From contig CM059431.1 of assembly GCA_030390025.1 (NCBI GenBank), positions 115,260,001 through 115,324,000 of the forward strand: a DNA stretch of 64,000 bases, read 5' to 3'. Position 1 is the stretch's first letter; each line of letters begins with the position of its first letter. Under the pieces are notes generated by a model. The model made no database searches, was not told the origin of the DNA, and was given only the letters and a program-made list of their open reading frames with translations. The position numbers and the translations under genes were made by a program. Source of the stretch: Squalus acanthias. Its lineage: Eukaryota. Positions 47,101 through 60,560 of the stretch are shown here, in pieces.

Positions 47101-47420
47101 TTGGTCTCATTCACAAGTGGCTCTTTCCTTGCAAACGGTTGCAGTGTCGTTGCTCCTCCGCCGCCCCGATCCTTCCGACAGATGTGAAGTTTGCAGAGTG
47201 TTTTAAAGAAGCAGATTTGCCCGAGCTGCTATTAAGTTTTCCAGAGGTAGCTGATGGGTAAATGGCGTCATCTGCATGGGATCGAATAGAGCATTTGTTG
47301 TCCCAGAGGATATATTGCATCCGGTCTCTGCTGATTGGCTCTGGGCTCAAATTCATTAGAGTGAGTGAGTGAGAGAAACGGGGCGGGGGGAGGAGGAGAG
47401 GGAGAGAATATTCACTGTGT
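47080..47420 (-). promoter_or_regulatory. SPRY2 proximal promoter candidate
   Basis: CCAAT box (agccaatcag on minus, 47331-47340), GC box ggggcgggg near 47380, GGAA ETS cores, repeat-free and CpG-enriched, directly upstream of the putative exon 1. Confidence 0.55.
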
Positions 47421-47904
47421 GCCAGGAATAAGAGTCTCGCACTGCTTCAACATGCAATATAAAACAGACCTCTTTTAAATTGCAATCTACATATTAGTTT
47501 CCAGTTTTTAACCTACCACTGTGGTTATGTTGAAGCTTTCGATTTTTTTTTAAAAGGCTCACTGTGACTCCAAATTATCTGAATGTCAATAACCTGCTCT
47601 AGAATCGCGGCCAAATCTGAATTTTAATATACACAGGGTAGAATTTTCCAGTGATCATCCACGAATTGTTCTTCAATATCCTTGCAATTGTTAACCCTTC
47701 AGTGTCAATGCAATTCTGCATCAGCACTGCCAGTCAACACCCACACTCACCACCACAATAAACTGGGGAAACTCTGTGGAAGTTAATTGATAGTATTCCT
47801 TCTTCAAGGCAAGATTTCTAAACTCATATTTGGTACAATTGTTATAAACCACTTGCACTTTATGACATTGTGTGGTACCCTTGATCACTTACTTTGGTAA
47901 CTCA

Positions 47905-48690
47905 ACAACCGCTTGCTCGCTCTCCTCATACAAAAAGAAAATGGCTCACAGCACTTAACAAGGGGGAAAGGCAGATAAAAGGAGGAAAATTCAGGGAGGA
48001 GGGCAAAGGGATGGTCAAAGAGAAGGGGTTTTAGAAGGTTCTTGAAAGGAGGATAGAAGACAGCAAACAAATGGTTTTGGAAGAGAATTCCAAAGGACAG
48101 GTACATAGTGACTAAAAGACAGCCCTCTGATGGTAGAGTGGAGGGAATGGGAAACAAGCAGTAATCTGGAGTCACAAGTCTGGATTCTGGAAGGTACATA
48201 GGTTGATATATGACTGGAAAATATCACTCAGATAAGGAGAGATTTGACAAGCGTGAAGTACTTGAGGTGGATTTGCTGGGACTGAGGGAGCCAATGCAAC
48301 TCGGCAGAGAAAGGGGTGATGACTGGTTGCAGACTTTTAAATAAACTGAAGTTTATGAAGGGTGGCAAAGAGGCCAGTGTCGGAGAAGCCAGTCTTTGAT
48401 GGGGGAGATATAATGGCACAAGCAGGCGATATTTCGGGAGAGGAAGTGGTCTCAGCATTAGACTAGCTGTGTTGTATGGTCATCTCAGGCTCAAGTACAA
48501 TAATGAATTTATGCACTTGCAGATTTAGCCTGAGAGGACAAATAAGGAGGTTGATGCAGTTGGGACTAGAGGTCGATAGGCACTGCTAGGAGCTGAAAAG
48601 GATGGCATTGAGTTTTGTTGATGTTGAGCTAAAGGAACTCAACTCATGCAGGAATTGATGTCAGATAGGCATTCTAATAGTATAGCAAGA
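47905..48690 (-). mobile_element. Old L2 LINE fragment
   Basis: Diverged minus-strand VITPFSAELHWLP and LWNSLPK...LLKPLLFD blocks. Confidence 0.65.
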
Positions 48691-49604
48691 TTTTGGCCTC
48701 AACCCCTCTCCCACACAATGGGCAAGTTTTGGCCCTAAAATCCCCAACCCATCACTGGGCAAAATTCCTCCCCACCCTGTTGAGCAAGATATCGACCCCT
48801 TCCCACTCTTACTGGCTGCATTCTCCATTCCAACTCACCCACTGGCTGCCAATTCCTTTCCCCTACACCCCCGCCCCCCCCCGCCCCCATTTGCTGCAAT
48901 TACCCGTGACAGGTTATCCATTACCCTGCTTCATTCCCCCTTTTAGAGTAACCCGCCGCCACTACATTTCACATCCACCGCACTTTCTCCTTTCCATCTC
49001 CCCCATGCCTCCTCTCATCCCTCTCTTTCCCTCCTCTCTTGCTTCCCCTCCTATCCCGCTCCCCTTTCTATTTGCCAGCACCGCCTCCCACTCCCCCACT
49101 CAGCCTCTTTGCCACCCTTCATAAACTTCAGCTTATGTAAAACTTTGCAACCAAAGTCATCACCCCCTTCCCTGCAGAGTTGCATTGGTTCCCTAAGTCC
49201 AGTAAATCCACCTCAAGTACTTCACGCTTATCAAATCTCTTCATGGTCTTGTTCCTCCTTATCTGAGTGAAGTTTTCCAATCATATATCAATCTTTGTAC
49301 CTTCCAGAATCCAGACTTGTGACTCCAGATTACTGCTTGTTTCCCATTGGTTCCATAATAACCCACAGTCTAACCTTGCTTGACCTGAAAAATTCAAATT
49401 TATCTTGACTACCCATGTGCAATGCCATGGGTGATTGACTGGTATCTTTAGTTTTTAGATCACTGTAAGTTATTAACCTGCCACCACTGTCATGCCACTT
49501 ATACTGCACTCAGTACACCCACTGCAAATCAGTATGAAGGGTAAATACAAAATATAATTGCTCTTAAAAAGTACATTATAAGCAATAACAAATAGTTTGA
49601 AGTA

Positions 49605-50015
49605 GCTCCCCTTAAAGGTTAGTGAGGCAAATGCACCACATGACGCGGCACTGAACCATACAGAACAGACATTCCAGGTTCAATTCCTGGTCCTTGCATA
49701 ATTAGTTCATCTTAACCAGGCAAAGATGCAATGCTACAATTAGTTTCAATGTCCCTAGGTTACTGTGAGAAACATGAGGCACAGTTCCCACTCCCGATCA
49801 CCATCCAAGGCTTCCTGCTGGAATGTGTGCAAGTTTGGTGAGGACAAGATCAAACTCAGCTGCAATGCTCTTCATATTCAAATATCTTGCCAACACTACT
49901 GTCTAGATTCGCACGTGAAGAATGGCCACTTGAGCAAGGTACTGGAGGCCTGCTAGTACCATCAAACTCTACTCTAGCATGATTCAACATCTTCCCAGAG
50001 AGGAGGGGAGGAAAG
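49605..50015 (+). mobile_element. LF-SINE-like element
   Basis: tRNA-like head (ggttcaattcc) and ctgtctagattcgcacgtgaagaatggccacttgagcaaggtactggagg. Confidence 0.6.
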
Positions 50016-51385
50016 GGATGAGAACTAAAAAAGAATCTAGCAAAAAAAAAATAACTGGCATTGAACAAACAAAAGTAATTTGAATTATGTTCAGCTGATA
50101 GTGAAAAAAATATTCTCACTTCCATTTTCCAGTTTATGTCATCAGAAATGCATAATTGAAATGTTAATAAATCATTGCAAGCCATTTATCACAAATGTAA
50201 GCATAAGGCACACTTATTTTAAAAAATAGAGCTGGTTTCCAACAACTTGATCCATTCTTTTATTTTGGTGTTGGCTGGGAAAAAGGTGATGATTATAAGC
50301 CATTTGTTCAGGTTTTATCCAGGAATTTCCCTCTTTAGTTTTCAGCACTAAATAAAATGCAGTTTCCTTCAGCCAGGAGGTGGTAGACTGCTAAACAGCA
50401 CTTATCAGTGCTGCTTCATTATTACTCAATAGTGGGCATCCCTAACAGGGTGAGCCAATTAGGTCAGTTCCCTCCATGAAATGGATCACCACATGTTAAT
50501 AATAGTTCATTCACTCTTTACCTTTAAAAAATGGTGTTTCCAGCATACCTGTGGACATTTTGTTCTTAACAAATTTTATATTGATTATTATATAATAAAT
50601 ATCGGGGACATTGGTTGCAATATGTCCTGTGTAATATGTAACAGAGATCAAGTTATTATGAACATATATACTAATTCAATTAAGGAAGCCATACATAAAG
50701 CCAGATTCCTAAAATAAATGCCTAATTAGACTTGACAGAAAATAAAATACTTAGCCACCTAAAAAAATATTAAATTAAGGTCAGTTGTGAAATAACTAAC
50801 ATTTATATATAGGAACACCTGTCATAAACTTCTACGATATAACAATGACAAAGTAACAACTGATTTTCTTGCGCTCCAAAAATCACCCTCATCAAAATGA
50901 AATGTTCTTCAGTTAAACGTATGCTCCTACTGTTAGAAGCTGAATAACTCATGGCCAATAATGAGAGGTGATAGACAATTTCACTCTGGAGGTTGACCAC
51001 AACCCACTTATGACTTCATCAATCATGAATGAGTCTCACTTGGAGAGATATTTTTCACTGTACTTTTGGCCATCACAAATGTATTTATGTCAATATTAAA
51101 TGTAACCAATTATTTATCTTAATCCTCTGAAATTCTGTCTTCTTCTAGTGTTAGAGAATTGTTTGATGTAGTTGTCAAGAACAAATGATGATTGTTACTT
51201 CTTCTGTAGAACATGCTATAAGTATTGCTCAAAAAATTGTGAGCATAAATAAAAAAGACATATATTTTGAAATTTTGTAATAGGATGCCACTTCATCTAG
51301 CTGCCCGTCACCAAATTGATGATGCCTATTGCATGTGGATTGGAATGACAAACAGTCCTAAGACTGAACACTGAAACCATTGTAT

Positions 51386-51966
51386 AGACTTGACTATTCC
51401 AATGCACTCCTGGCTGGCCTCCCAACGTTCAACCCTACGTAAACTTGAGGTCATCCAAACTTCGGCTGCCCGTGTCCTAACTCGCACCAAGTCCCGTTCA
51501 CCCATCACCCCTGTACTCGCTGACCTACATTGACTCCCGGTGAAGCAACGCCTCGATTTCAAAATTCTCATCCTTGTTTTCAAAACCCTCCATGGCCTCG
51601 CCCCTCCCTATCTCTGTAATCTCCTTCAGCCCCACAACCCCCCGAGATATCTGCACTCCTCTAATTCTGGCCTCTTAAGCATCCCTGATTATAATCGCTC
51701 AACCATTGCTGGCCGTGCCTTCTGTTGCCGAGGCCCTAAGCTCTGGAATTCCCTGCCTAAACCTCTCCACCTCGCTACCTGTCTTTCCTCCTTAAAGACG
51801 CTCCTTAAAACCTACCTCTTTGACCAAGCTTTTGGTCATCTGCCCTAATTTCTCCTTATGTGGCTAGGTGTCAAATTGTTTTGTCTTATAATACTCCCGT
51901 GAAGCACCTTGGGATATTTTACCACAATAAAGGCGCTATATAAATACAAGTTGTTGTTGTTGTTGT
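51386..51966 (+). mobile_element. L2 LINE 3' fragment (young subfamily)
   Basis: Very similar to 23275-23525 joined to 28344-28665; (GTT)n tail. Confidence 0.9.
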
Positions 51967-52809
51967 ATGGGGAAGGTATGTACTTGGCTGCCTGTACTAG
52001 CAAGCTGTCCATAATTTAAGACCTTATATTGACTGATTTTTTTTTGTTACATTGCATGCTCTCTGGTTATGTCATTTACATAACATACATCAATGCATAT
52101 CCCATGTGTGGTAGTTGATGCAATGTATTGTTGGATTATGTCAATCAATTTTTGGATTTGGGTTGCTCATTTGTCACAATCTAATCTTCATTTTGTTTGA
52201 ATTTTCCCAACTCAATCAGATGGTTGCATTTCAATTCAAGGCAGAAGCAAATTTACGTTTGATCCAGATTCGCTGCATTTGAATAAGTCCACATTTATGC
52301 TGAGATCTAGACCATTTGAATCTCTGTGAACTAATTTAGCGGGACTGGTTATTTATTCCAGTGAGAAGGTCTGCTAAAAATTTGTAAATAAAAGAAATAA
52401 AAACTTCTGTACTTGTATATTAAAGATGTGGGCACATTAGATGTGGTATGCGTATGCAGAATTTAAAATAAATCCTATTCCTGGGCAGTGAAGAGCAGGT
52501 GAGAAAAGTTAGGTGTAAGTCATAGGCATTGGTCTGGAGGTGGTAAATGTTAACAAAGAGTATGGTATTTGGGTAGTTGGGTTACCAATTAGCCCTGTGC
52601 TAGTCTATACTGTACCACATAATAAGGTTGTCCACAAAACTGATTCAGATATTGCACTTTGAAGATTAAAGATGTTAGAAGAGATCTGATATTATCAAAA
52701 GTAAAGCCACTTTTGTTCTCTGTTTACTGTGGGTGTGTAGGATATGAGATGAGAAGTGGAGCAGAACCACGTATAGCTTGAAGTTCTCTCCTATAAATCT
52801 CATTGATTG

Positions 52810-53175
52810 GGGCTCCCTGATGGTTCAGTTGATTAACAAATTACCTGGAAGATAGAGCCAGAAGATTCCAGGCCTGATCCTTGGTCCTGAGACAATAGGG
52901 GCAGCAGAAGGGATATTATAATTGAATTGACTGTCTCTGGGTGATGGTGGGAGAAACATTAACCTCTGGTCATGCTTACTATCCAATGACCCACGTTAGA
53001 AAGTATATGTGTGGAAATGTCAGCTAAGGACAGACTCAAGCTTTGCTGAGATGCTCCCCCGGTGGCCAAAGAGCCTGCCGATACTACATAGGATCACGCA
53101 AAATGTATGGCCCCTTAGATGATGGCACTCATAGGAATGTACCCCAGCAGGAGTCACTGACTTGAAAAGAAGAGG
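52810..53175 (+). mobile_element. LF-SINE-like element (more diverged)
   Basis: Same architecture as 49605-50015. Confidence 0.5.
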
Positions 53176-53897
53176 AAAATAAAGGGAATAAACCCTTTGG
53201 TTGTTCCAATAAAGGAATCAGAAGTTCAAAGATATTTGCGCTTAGTTCTGTATAATCGGGCTCTGATGCGCATTTCCAAGATAATATGAATTTTAATATG
53301 TGTGAATTCTGGTACTCACAACGAGAGGTTTCAGAATACACATCAGTGAAGCAGCAATCCTTTTTAACGTGTAAGATACTGTCTCTCAAAAATAAAAAAT
53401 AAATTTTAGTTTTACAAAGTAATTTCACAAGCAGCTTATAGAAATAAACAAAAATGCTTGAGAGGGGACAACTTGTGAAAATTCCTAACTTTATTATCTT
53501 CATTTTCGACAGTATTAGTCCTAATTTTAAGCCAAAGTTTATGTGACTGGGTAGGACCCATCAAAAGCAATAATTTGAATATTAAACTTGCATTAGAGTA
53601 TTAAACATAATTATCTGTTCTGTTCAATTGATACATTTTCTGTTTTTATTCCAAAAAATAAAATGAAAAAACCTTCAAAAACAGACATTTCCTTATAGGA
53701 CCATTGTCCTGCTAATGCAAAATGTACACATGAAAAATTAAATTTGCATGAATGTGGAAACTAATATTTGACTAAGTAAAACCACAATAAACAAACTCAA
53801 GCTTTAGTCATGGAAACATTTATTTGCATGTCTTTTACATAACTGCTTGAAATTCAGTTGGATTTCTGACAATTCACTCTTCGTGGGTTTGGTACTA

Positions 53898-54253
53898 CAG
53901 GAAACTCTTTATTAACCGGCACCGACGGGACCGGCGTGGTGCCGGTTGATCAAAAAGTCCGGATTACAGAGAGGTATACTTACCAAGGTACGAGAGCCCC
54001 GTACACGGCCACAGGTGCAGGAGCCCCGGTTACATGGCCACAGATCCAGGAGTCCCTGGTGCACGGCCACAGGTGCAGGAACCCCGGTTACATGGCCACA
54101 AATCCAGGAGTCCCTGGTGCACGGCCACAGGTGCAGGAACCCCGGTTACACGGCCACTAATATATAGTAAAACTTACCTGAACCTACTCCTGAATTTTGC
54201 CGGTTAAGAGAGATTTCTGGATATTTAGGTGTCGGTTAAAAGAGAGTTTCCTG
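53898..54253. mobile_element. Tc1/mariner (Tigger/pogo-like) MITE with an internal ~29-bp tandem array
   Basis: TA-flanked TIRs CAGGAAACTCTTTATTAACCGGCACC / CAGGAAACTCTCTTTTAACCGACACC. Confidence 0.85.
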
Positions 54254-54344
54254 TACTCTATTTATTACATTTAACCCAGCTTCAGATTCATCACACAATC
54301 CAATATATGCTAGGAGCTACATACTCACTGCTAAGCACATAGGA

Positions 54345-55800
54345 CCATTGAAGTTTACAGCACAGAAGGAGGTCATTCGGCCAATTGTGTCAGTGCTGGA
54401 TATTTTCTAGAGCAATGCAAAACTAACCTCCCGGCCCTGCTCTCTTCCCACAGCCCTGTACCTTCCTCCACTTTAAATATTCAGTTTTCCCTTAAAAAAT
54501 GCATTGGTCTCTGCCTCAACTACTCCCTTTGGCAAAGCATTCTACGCTCCAGCAACCCTCTGTGTAAAAGAAATGCTCCTAACCACTCTTCTCACTTTTT
54601 TAGTAGTAATTTTAAACTGATGACCCCTTGTCACTTATTCCCTAAGTAGAAGAAATAGTCTTTCTTTATTGACTCTATCAAACTGTTCACAATTTTAAAA
54701 ACCTCAATTAAATCTCCTCTTAACCTTCTCTGCTCCAGTGGAAATAGTCCTATCTCAGGTCTCTCCTTATAACTGTGCTTTCCCATCCTTGGCATCACTC
54801 TGTTGGATATATATGGTTTTAGTGTCCAGTCTATAATGAGGTGCCTACAACTGTAATTTAATTGTCGCCTATCCAATGTGTTTCATAAATTCATAATTTC
54901 TTTACTTTTGTTCTCTATATCCCTATTATTAAACCGAAAATGCTATTTTTTAATGGCTTTATCTACCTCCACTTGTACTTTCAGGGAATTATGCATTTGA
55001 ACCCCTAAATTTTTCTGTTCATCCACACCTTTCAGTGTCTTTTAATTGAGTGTGTACTCCCATTGCTTGTTTATCCTCCAAAAATGTATTACATCACACT
55101 TAACCACTTTAAATTGTATCTGCCCCAGGCTGCCCATTCCGTTAACTTGTCAATGTCTTCCCGAAGACTTTTACAGTCTTCCTCGTTGTTTGACAAACCT
55201 CCTACTTTTGTATTACCAGCAAATTTTGAGATTAGATATTTTATACTACAGTCCAAATCATCTCTATATCCTGAGAACAAAAATGGATCCAGGACTGACT
55301 GCTGGGGTACAGTACCTCCAACCTTTTTCCAATACAAGCAACACCCATTTTACCTAACTCTTTGGGGATAATTTTAACTTTGGGTGATAGTGTAAAACGG
55401 GCAATATCGGATCAGCTGCCCACTGTACACCTTCACTGGAAACAAAAATCAGAAGAAGTGTATAACCAGTGGCCAATCTGATATCGCCCATTTTAAACTA
55501 TCAGCTAAAGTTAAAATGACCTCCTTTGTTTCCCACCTGTCAGCCAACTTTCTATCCATGCTGTCACGAGTCCTCTTATGCCATACACCTGAGTTTTCTA
55601 ACATTCTTCTTGTGTACCTTATTGAATCCCTTCTGATAATTCATATATACTACATCTACTGCATTTCCTTTATCTATCCAATTGATCACTTCTTCAAAAA
55701 ACTCTTAAGTTTGTCAAACACAACTTGCCCTTAACAAATACATGCTTGCTGTCCTTAACTAACACATGTATTTCTAAATGCTCATTGATTTTTTCTCAAT
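54345..55800 (-). mobile_element. Degenerate CR1 LINE fragment containing a small MITE
   Basis: LEQRRLRGDLIEVFKI and ISKFAGNTKVGG remnants. Confidence 0.75.
55364..55524. mobile_element. Small Harbinger-type MITE inserted in CR1
   Basis: Long imperfect inverted termini (ggggataattttaacttt / aaagttaaaatgacctcc), TTT duplication, and CR1 sequence continues on both sides. Confidence 0.7.
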
Positions 55801-58800
55801 TTATGAATTCTAAGGGGGGTGAGGTTTTCCTGCTTGTCCACAGTAAGTTTGGTGGAAGAGATGTGGAAACCCTGATTTTCCAAGGTTTCTGCTGCGCTTG
55901 CGCTGAAGTTACGGTGGATAAGTGGGTGAACCCACGTGGAAATTCACCCTTTAAAAGTTTACCCACAACTGACGTAGGCTAACAGGCCTATAATTACCCG
56001 GGGTGCAGGGGAGTGGGGGGGAGAAATTTCCTCAGAGCTTTTCCCTTTCCATCGCTGTAACTTTGGTACACTAAAGTCATTACCAAAGTCACTCCATTAG
56101 TGTTAGAAGCCTCCATTATAGTTAGAAAACGATGTAATCAAAAAATTTGCAATAGGAATTAGATCACACTGCAACCGTTTTACAGGCGTAAAATAGACAC
56201 CTAAGGGTCCACTGTGGCGGGCGGCGTGCGCACGGTCATTCTGTGCTAGATATACGCTGCCCGCCATATTGGATTGGGCTGTGCAGTCGGCGTCCAGTGT
56301 ACCCACCTGTAACTGGCATTAGGCTCATTGCATATGCAAATCAGGGGCCGAACGCCTGTTTAGGCCCCTTTGTGAAGTTGGTTCATGATCTAATGCAGTC
56401 AGTTTTTTTCAGGCACTCAGCAGTCAAACCAATGGTTATTTAAGGGACCAATGGAGGCTGCCACCCAAAAGGTAAGTTTCACATTTTTATACTTACCTTA
56501 TTGTGGAGCCAGGAGGAGCAGGAGTGCTCCCCTGTGGAATCAAATCCCAGCGAAGCCATCTTCAATTATATCACCCTATTCTTTTGTTCATCACTTTGTC
56601 TAACTATACTGTAATAATCAACAAAACTAAAACTGGAAAAAAAACCTAATGAGGGTTCTTTGACAGCAAAATGTTTTCAAATATTGGATTTTTTCCACTC
56701 TTTACTTACGCAGTCTTTACTAATACAGCACATATTATATTTATTAATTTATGTCTTGCAGGCCTATCTAGGTTGTTACATGATCCACTTTGCAACACAC
56801 ATTTGCTTCTATTGACAAATCATGGAAGTGCAAGAGGGAAGGAAAAATGCACCTTGCCTCAGGCAGGATGATGGTTGAATGTGCAGTCTGAGTCCCATTG
56901 TTCTCAATGGTAGAAAGTAAGAACCAATGGAATCCAACTCCAAGTGGAATACTGTAATGGGTGAAACCGTCCCTCTTTTTAGAAAATCAAACTTTAACAT
57001 TCACAAATCAGTTGCTTCACTACAATCATTCCACAGAATTGTTGTATTAAAACATTAGCTGAGAAGTGAATTTTAGGTGGAATTGCAGGAAGATCGTGCT
57101 ACTTTTGGTTCTAAGGGTGCATTCACACGCCATCATTTGTGTCGCAGTGAAGCAGTGCCCAATTTGCCGTGATGCTGTAGCTGATGTGTAAACAGGCTTG
57201 ATGTCAAATCGAATTGATCTGCAGACCCAAAAGTTGAATCCTAGTGAGTTGAGACCCCAACCACAGATCGCAGTGTAAAGGCACACCTCAATGGCTTAGG
57301 TCCTAAAAGGCCAGGTTGAGCAGGGCTAGAGTGGGGAAAAAATTTGAAATTAGATCTAAAATCTCTCCCCAATTAGTTGTCCCTCCTGGAGATAATGGTA
57401 AATGTGTTTTTATTGGCTCCAAAATTAACAAAGCTATTTTGTGCACATGCATTGTGATGTCATCATGCAGCCTTTAATGTGCAATAGCATCAACTTTCTT
57501 CAACACCTGGAAGTAGTGTTGGGTTTTGGAGATGTACAAATTGACCTCCAAACCTGAAGCAAGCAACTCACTTGCTAGAATATGAATTCCCAGTAATGTG
57601 CAAGAACCAATCCTCAATCCCCAAACCCATCTTGATTAATAATAATCTGATACAAAACTTCCTAATCTTAGAAAATCACTTGAAACATTTCTTTTACAAA
57701 CAAGTTGAATGGTTTATATTTCAATAGACCCGAGTAAGGATGCATATCTTAAAGTATTTTTTAATTGTTCTTAAAAACATTTAATCTCTCAGTTAATCAA
57801 GCACCAAAATACAGTCTCTTCAACTCGTACATTCTCCAGACTTGCTAAACTGGATTCTATGCACTATCAAAGGTGTCTGATCTTTTTTTTTAAAACACAT
57901 GCAACAGGGACAAAAGGTTCAAACAAAATTTAAAGCTGTAATATCCCTTCCAGCATGGCCCCAAAGCTGAAATGCACCCTGCATCCTGTACACATAAATC
58001 TTTCAAGTTTCAAACAGTATTTAAAATATGTTTTTTTAATAAAGTAATTTTTTATGCCCCAGGGCAAAAAAAAAAGTATGTGAAGATCACATGTTTTGGA
58101 ATTTGTTCTTGCTATCATCAAGGTTTCATTTACTATGAATTATGTAGAACATCGCATGGGAGGTGGAGTTTCAACTCGACCTGTCGAGTGACAATGCAGC
58201 ATTAAAAGACCAATTGATGCTGTATTAGAATAACAAATGGAATTGCAGTGTAGGTGACAGAGAATGATTTAAAAGGATATGCACATAATTCATTGTGAGG
58301 CTTGCTTTGTACTTGACAAGGAGCCCACTTGACAATTTAACCAATAAACTTAGATTCAATGTTGAATGCATCATGTTGTCTAGTAGATACCATTGTGCAG
58401 GTTGTCACTGGCAACATTCTTCAAATTGGTGTCTTCCTTTAAAATGTGTTTTTCACTTTTTTCTGGGTTTTTTTCTTACTAATTCTACGTCCCCTTTAGG
58501 TCGTTCAGACCAGAAGTTTACAAAATGCTGAATCGTTGCAGCGTGTCACCTGTGTGAGAAGATTTATCATCACAGTAATTTGCAGGTCAGATTCAATTCA
58601 GCTGTGATGCAGCGCTGAACTTGCTGGCAATGCTTGAGTTTCTGAACTGATGGTTGTACGATGAGCTTTTTTCACGGTGAATTATTCAGCTGTTATTATA
58701 CACATGTCCATGGGAGGGAGCACAGCCATGCTGCCAGTTACCACATACATCTCCTATTTGCAATTGGCTAAATAAGTCAGAATCAGAAACACTGAAAAAC

Positions 58801-58934
58801 CTAAAATCACATGCCTGGAACTTAATTTAAAAAAAATAATGTATTCGGTACAAGAACTTGGATTTGAGGGGCAGTGCTTATAAGGAACCAAAACATAAAC
58901 TAGATGATGAATTCAATTATAATACTTCACAAGA

Positions 58935-59270
58935 TCATAAGACAGTTACAGATGTGGAAGACAATTCGGCCTATATTAGTTCATCCCAGAACTGTAGGGA
59001 TGGGGGGTGGCGGGGGTCACCCTAAAGCTCCCTCCCCTCCCCCCATTGCAGTATCTAACTGTTTCCTAAATGCATCCAAGGATTCCACCTCCACCGCTCT
59101 ATCTGTTAATCCATTCCAAGTGTTCATCGCTCTCTGTTTGAAGAAGAACTTCTTGATATCAGTCCTAAAGTTACCTCTTACTAGCTTGAACCTATGTCTC
59201 CTTGTCCTATTCTCACAATTTTGCTTAAAGTAATATTCTGGATTCACCTTTACGTACCATTTGCTGTTTA
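58935..59270 (-). mobile_element. CR1 LINE 3' fragment
   Basis: RTRRHRFKLVRGNFRTDIKKFFFKQRAMNTWNGL. Confidence 0.75.
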
Positions 59271-59272
59271 TT

Positions 59273-59775
59273 ATCTTCTTCCTCTTAGGCAGTCCCTCGG
59301 AACTGAGGATGACTTGCTTCCACATTAAAAATGAGTTCGCAGGTGACTGATGAGTCCAATGCGGGACCTACAGTCTCTGTCACAGGTGGAGCAGACGGTG
59401 GTTGAAGGGGCAGGTGGGTGGGGTGCTTGGGTTGACGTGCGCTCCTTGCGCTGCCTGCGCTTGGCTTCCGCTTGCTCCCGGCGAAGAGACACGAGGTGTT
59501 CGGCGCCTTCCCGGATGCTTCTCTTCCACTTTGTGTGGTCTTGGGCCAGGGATTCCTAGGTGTTGGTGGGGATGTTACACTTTTTCAAGGAGGCTTTGAG
59601 GGTGTCCTTGAAGCATTTCCTCTGCCCACCTGGGGCTCTCTTGCCGTGCCGGAGCTCCGAGTAGAGCGCTTGCTTTGGGAGTCTCATATCGGGCATGCGG
59701 ACAATGTGACCCATCCATCAGAGCTGATCGAGCGTGGTCAAAGCTTCAATGCTGGGGATGTTGGCCTGAACACCG
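59273..59775 (-). mobile_element. RTE-clade LINE 3' fragment
   Basis: Minus-strand translation includes GGQRKCFKDTLKASLKKCNI...EAKRRQRKER, the RTE C-terminal signature, with a short (GAA)-type tail at about 59273-59280. Confidence 0.75.
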
Positions 59776-60233
59776 ACTGAAGCCTGCAGGAAGAAACAAA
59801 GGAAAGTACACTTTTACTAACACTTTGCATTTACCTCAGATACTCAGCTCTCCACTCTTGCACCCATCACTTACCTTCACACCACACTTTTGCACCCCCC
59901 CCCCGCCGACCCCCGCAGACCCACTACTCGCCTCGCTGACCTGGCGGGTTTCGGAGCCTTCGGGAAGCCCACACTTGTGAGGGCAAAAGGGGGATAATCC
60001 TATTTTCTGCCTGTTAACTACCTGTTAACAGGCAGTTAATAGGCTTTAATCCCTTCCCGCCTCCAAGGAGATGGGACCCGGTGCTGGACAGCTACCCGCC
60101 TCCTGGCAAAAGGGCACGGAGGCGGGTTGGGGGTGGTTTGGGCACCCGCCCCCAAATTCTGCCATTTTCCCGGCAGTCCCGCCTCCATACCCGCCTCCCC
60201 AGGGCTGGCAAAATCGCCCCCAAAGTGTGAGAA

Positions 60234-60560
60234 GGATCAGGAGAGAACAAAAGTGCAGTTTAGCAGAAGGACCTTCAGAAAGCTTTGGAAGGTGGAGTGA
60301 AAGGTGACTAAGTGGACGTGCTGAGGGCGGGATTTCCAAAAGGCAGGAATATAGTGGCTGAAAGGTCGGCTGCTGATAGTAGAATGCTGGGAGCAGAGAA
60401 CGGGAAGTAGGTCTGTGTTGTGGGAGTGGAGAGTACGTGCAGGGATATATGTTGGGAGGAATTCATGAAGATAGGGAGGAGCAAGACCATGGCAAGATTT
60501 GAAAGTGAGGATGAGGATCTTTGAAGTCAGTTCTGTGGGGCATGGAGAGAGAGTGGAGCA
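60234..60560 (-). mobile_element. Old L2 LINE fragment
   Basis: KILILTFKSCHGLAPPYL block on the minus strand. Confidence 0.65.

Noticed and set aside
55810..56540. Further MITE-like pieces here and at about 4395-4570, 19840-20620, 35280-35900, 59860-60222 and 61000-61420
   Set aside because: They look like decayed Harbinger-type MITEs, but I could not fix paired TIRs and TSDs, so they are not listed as features.
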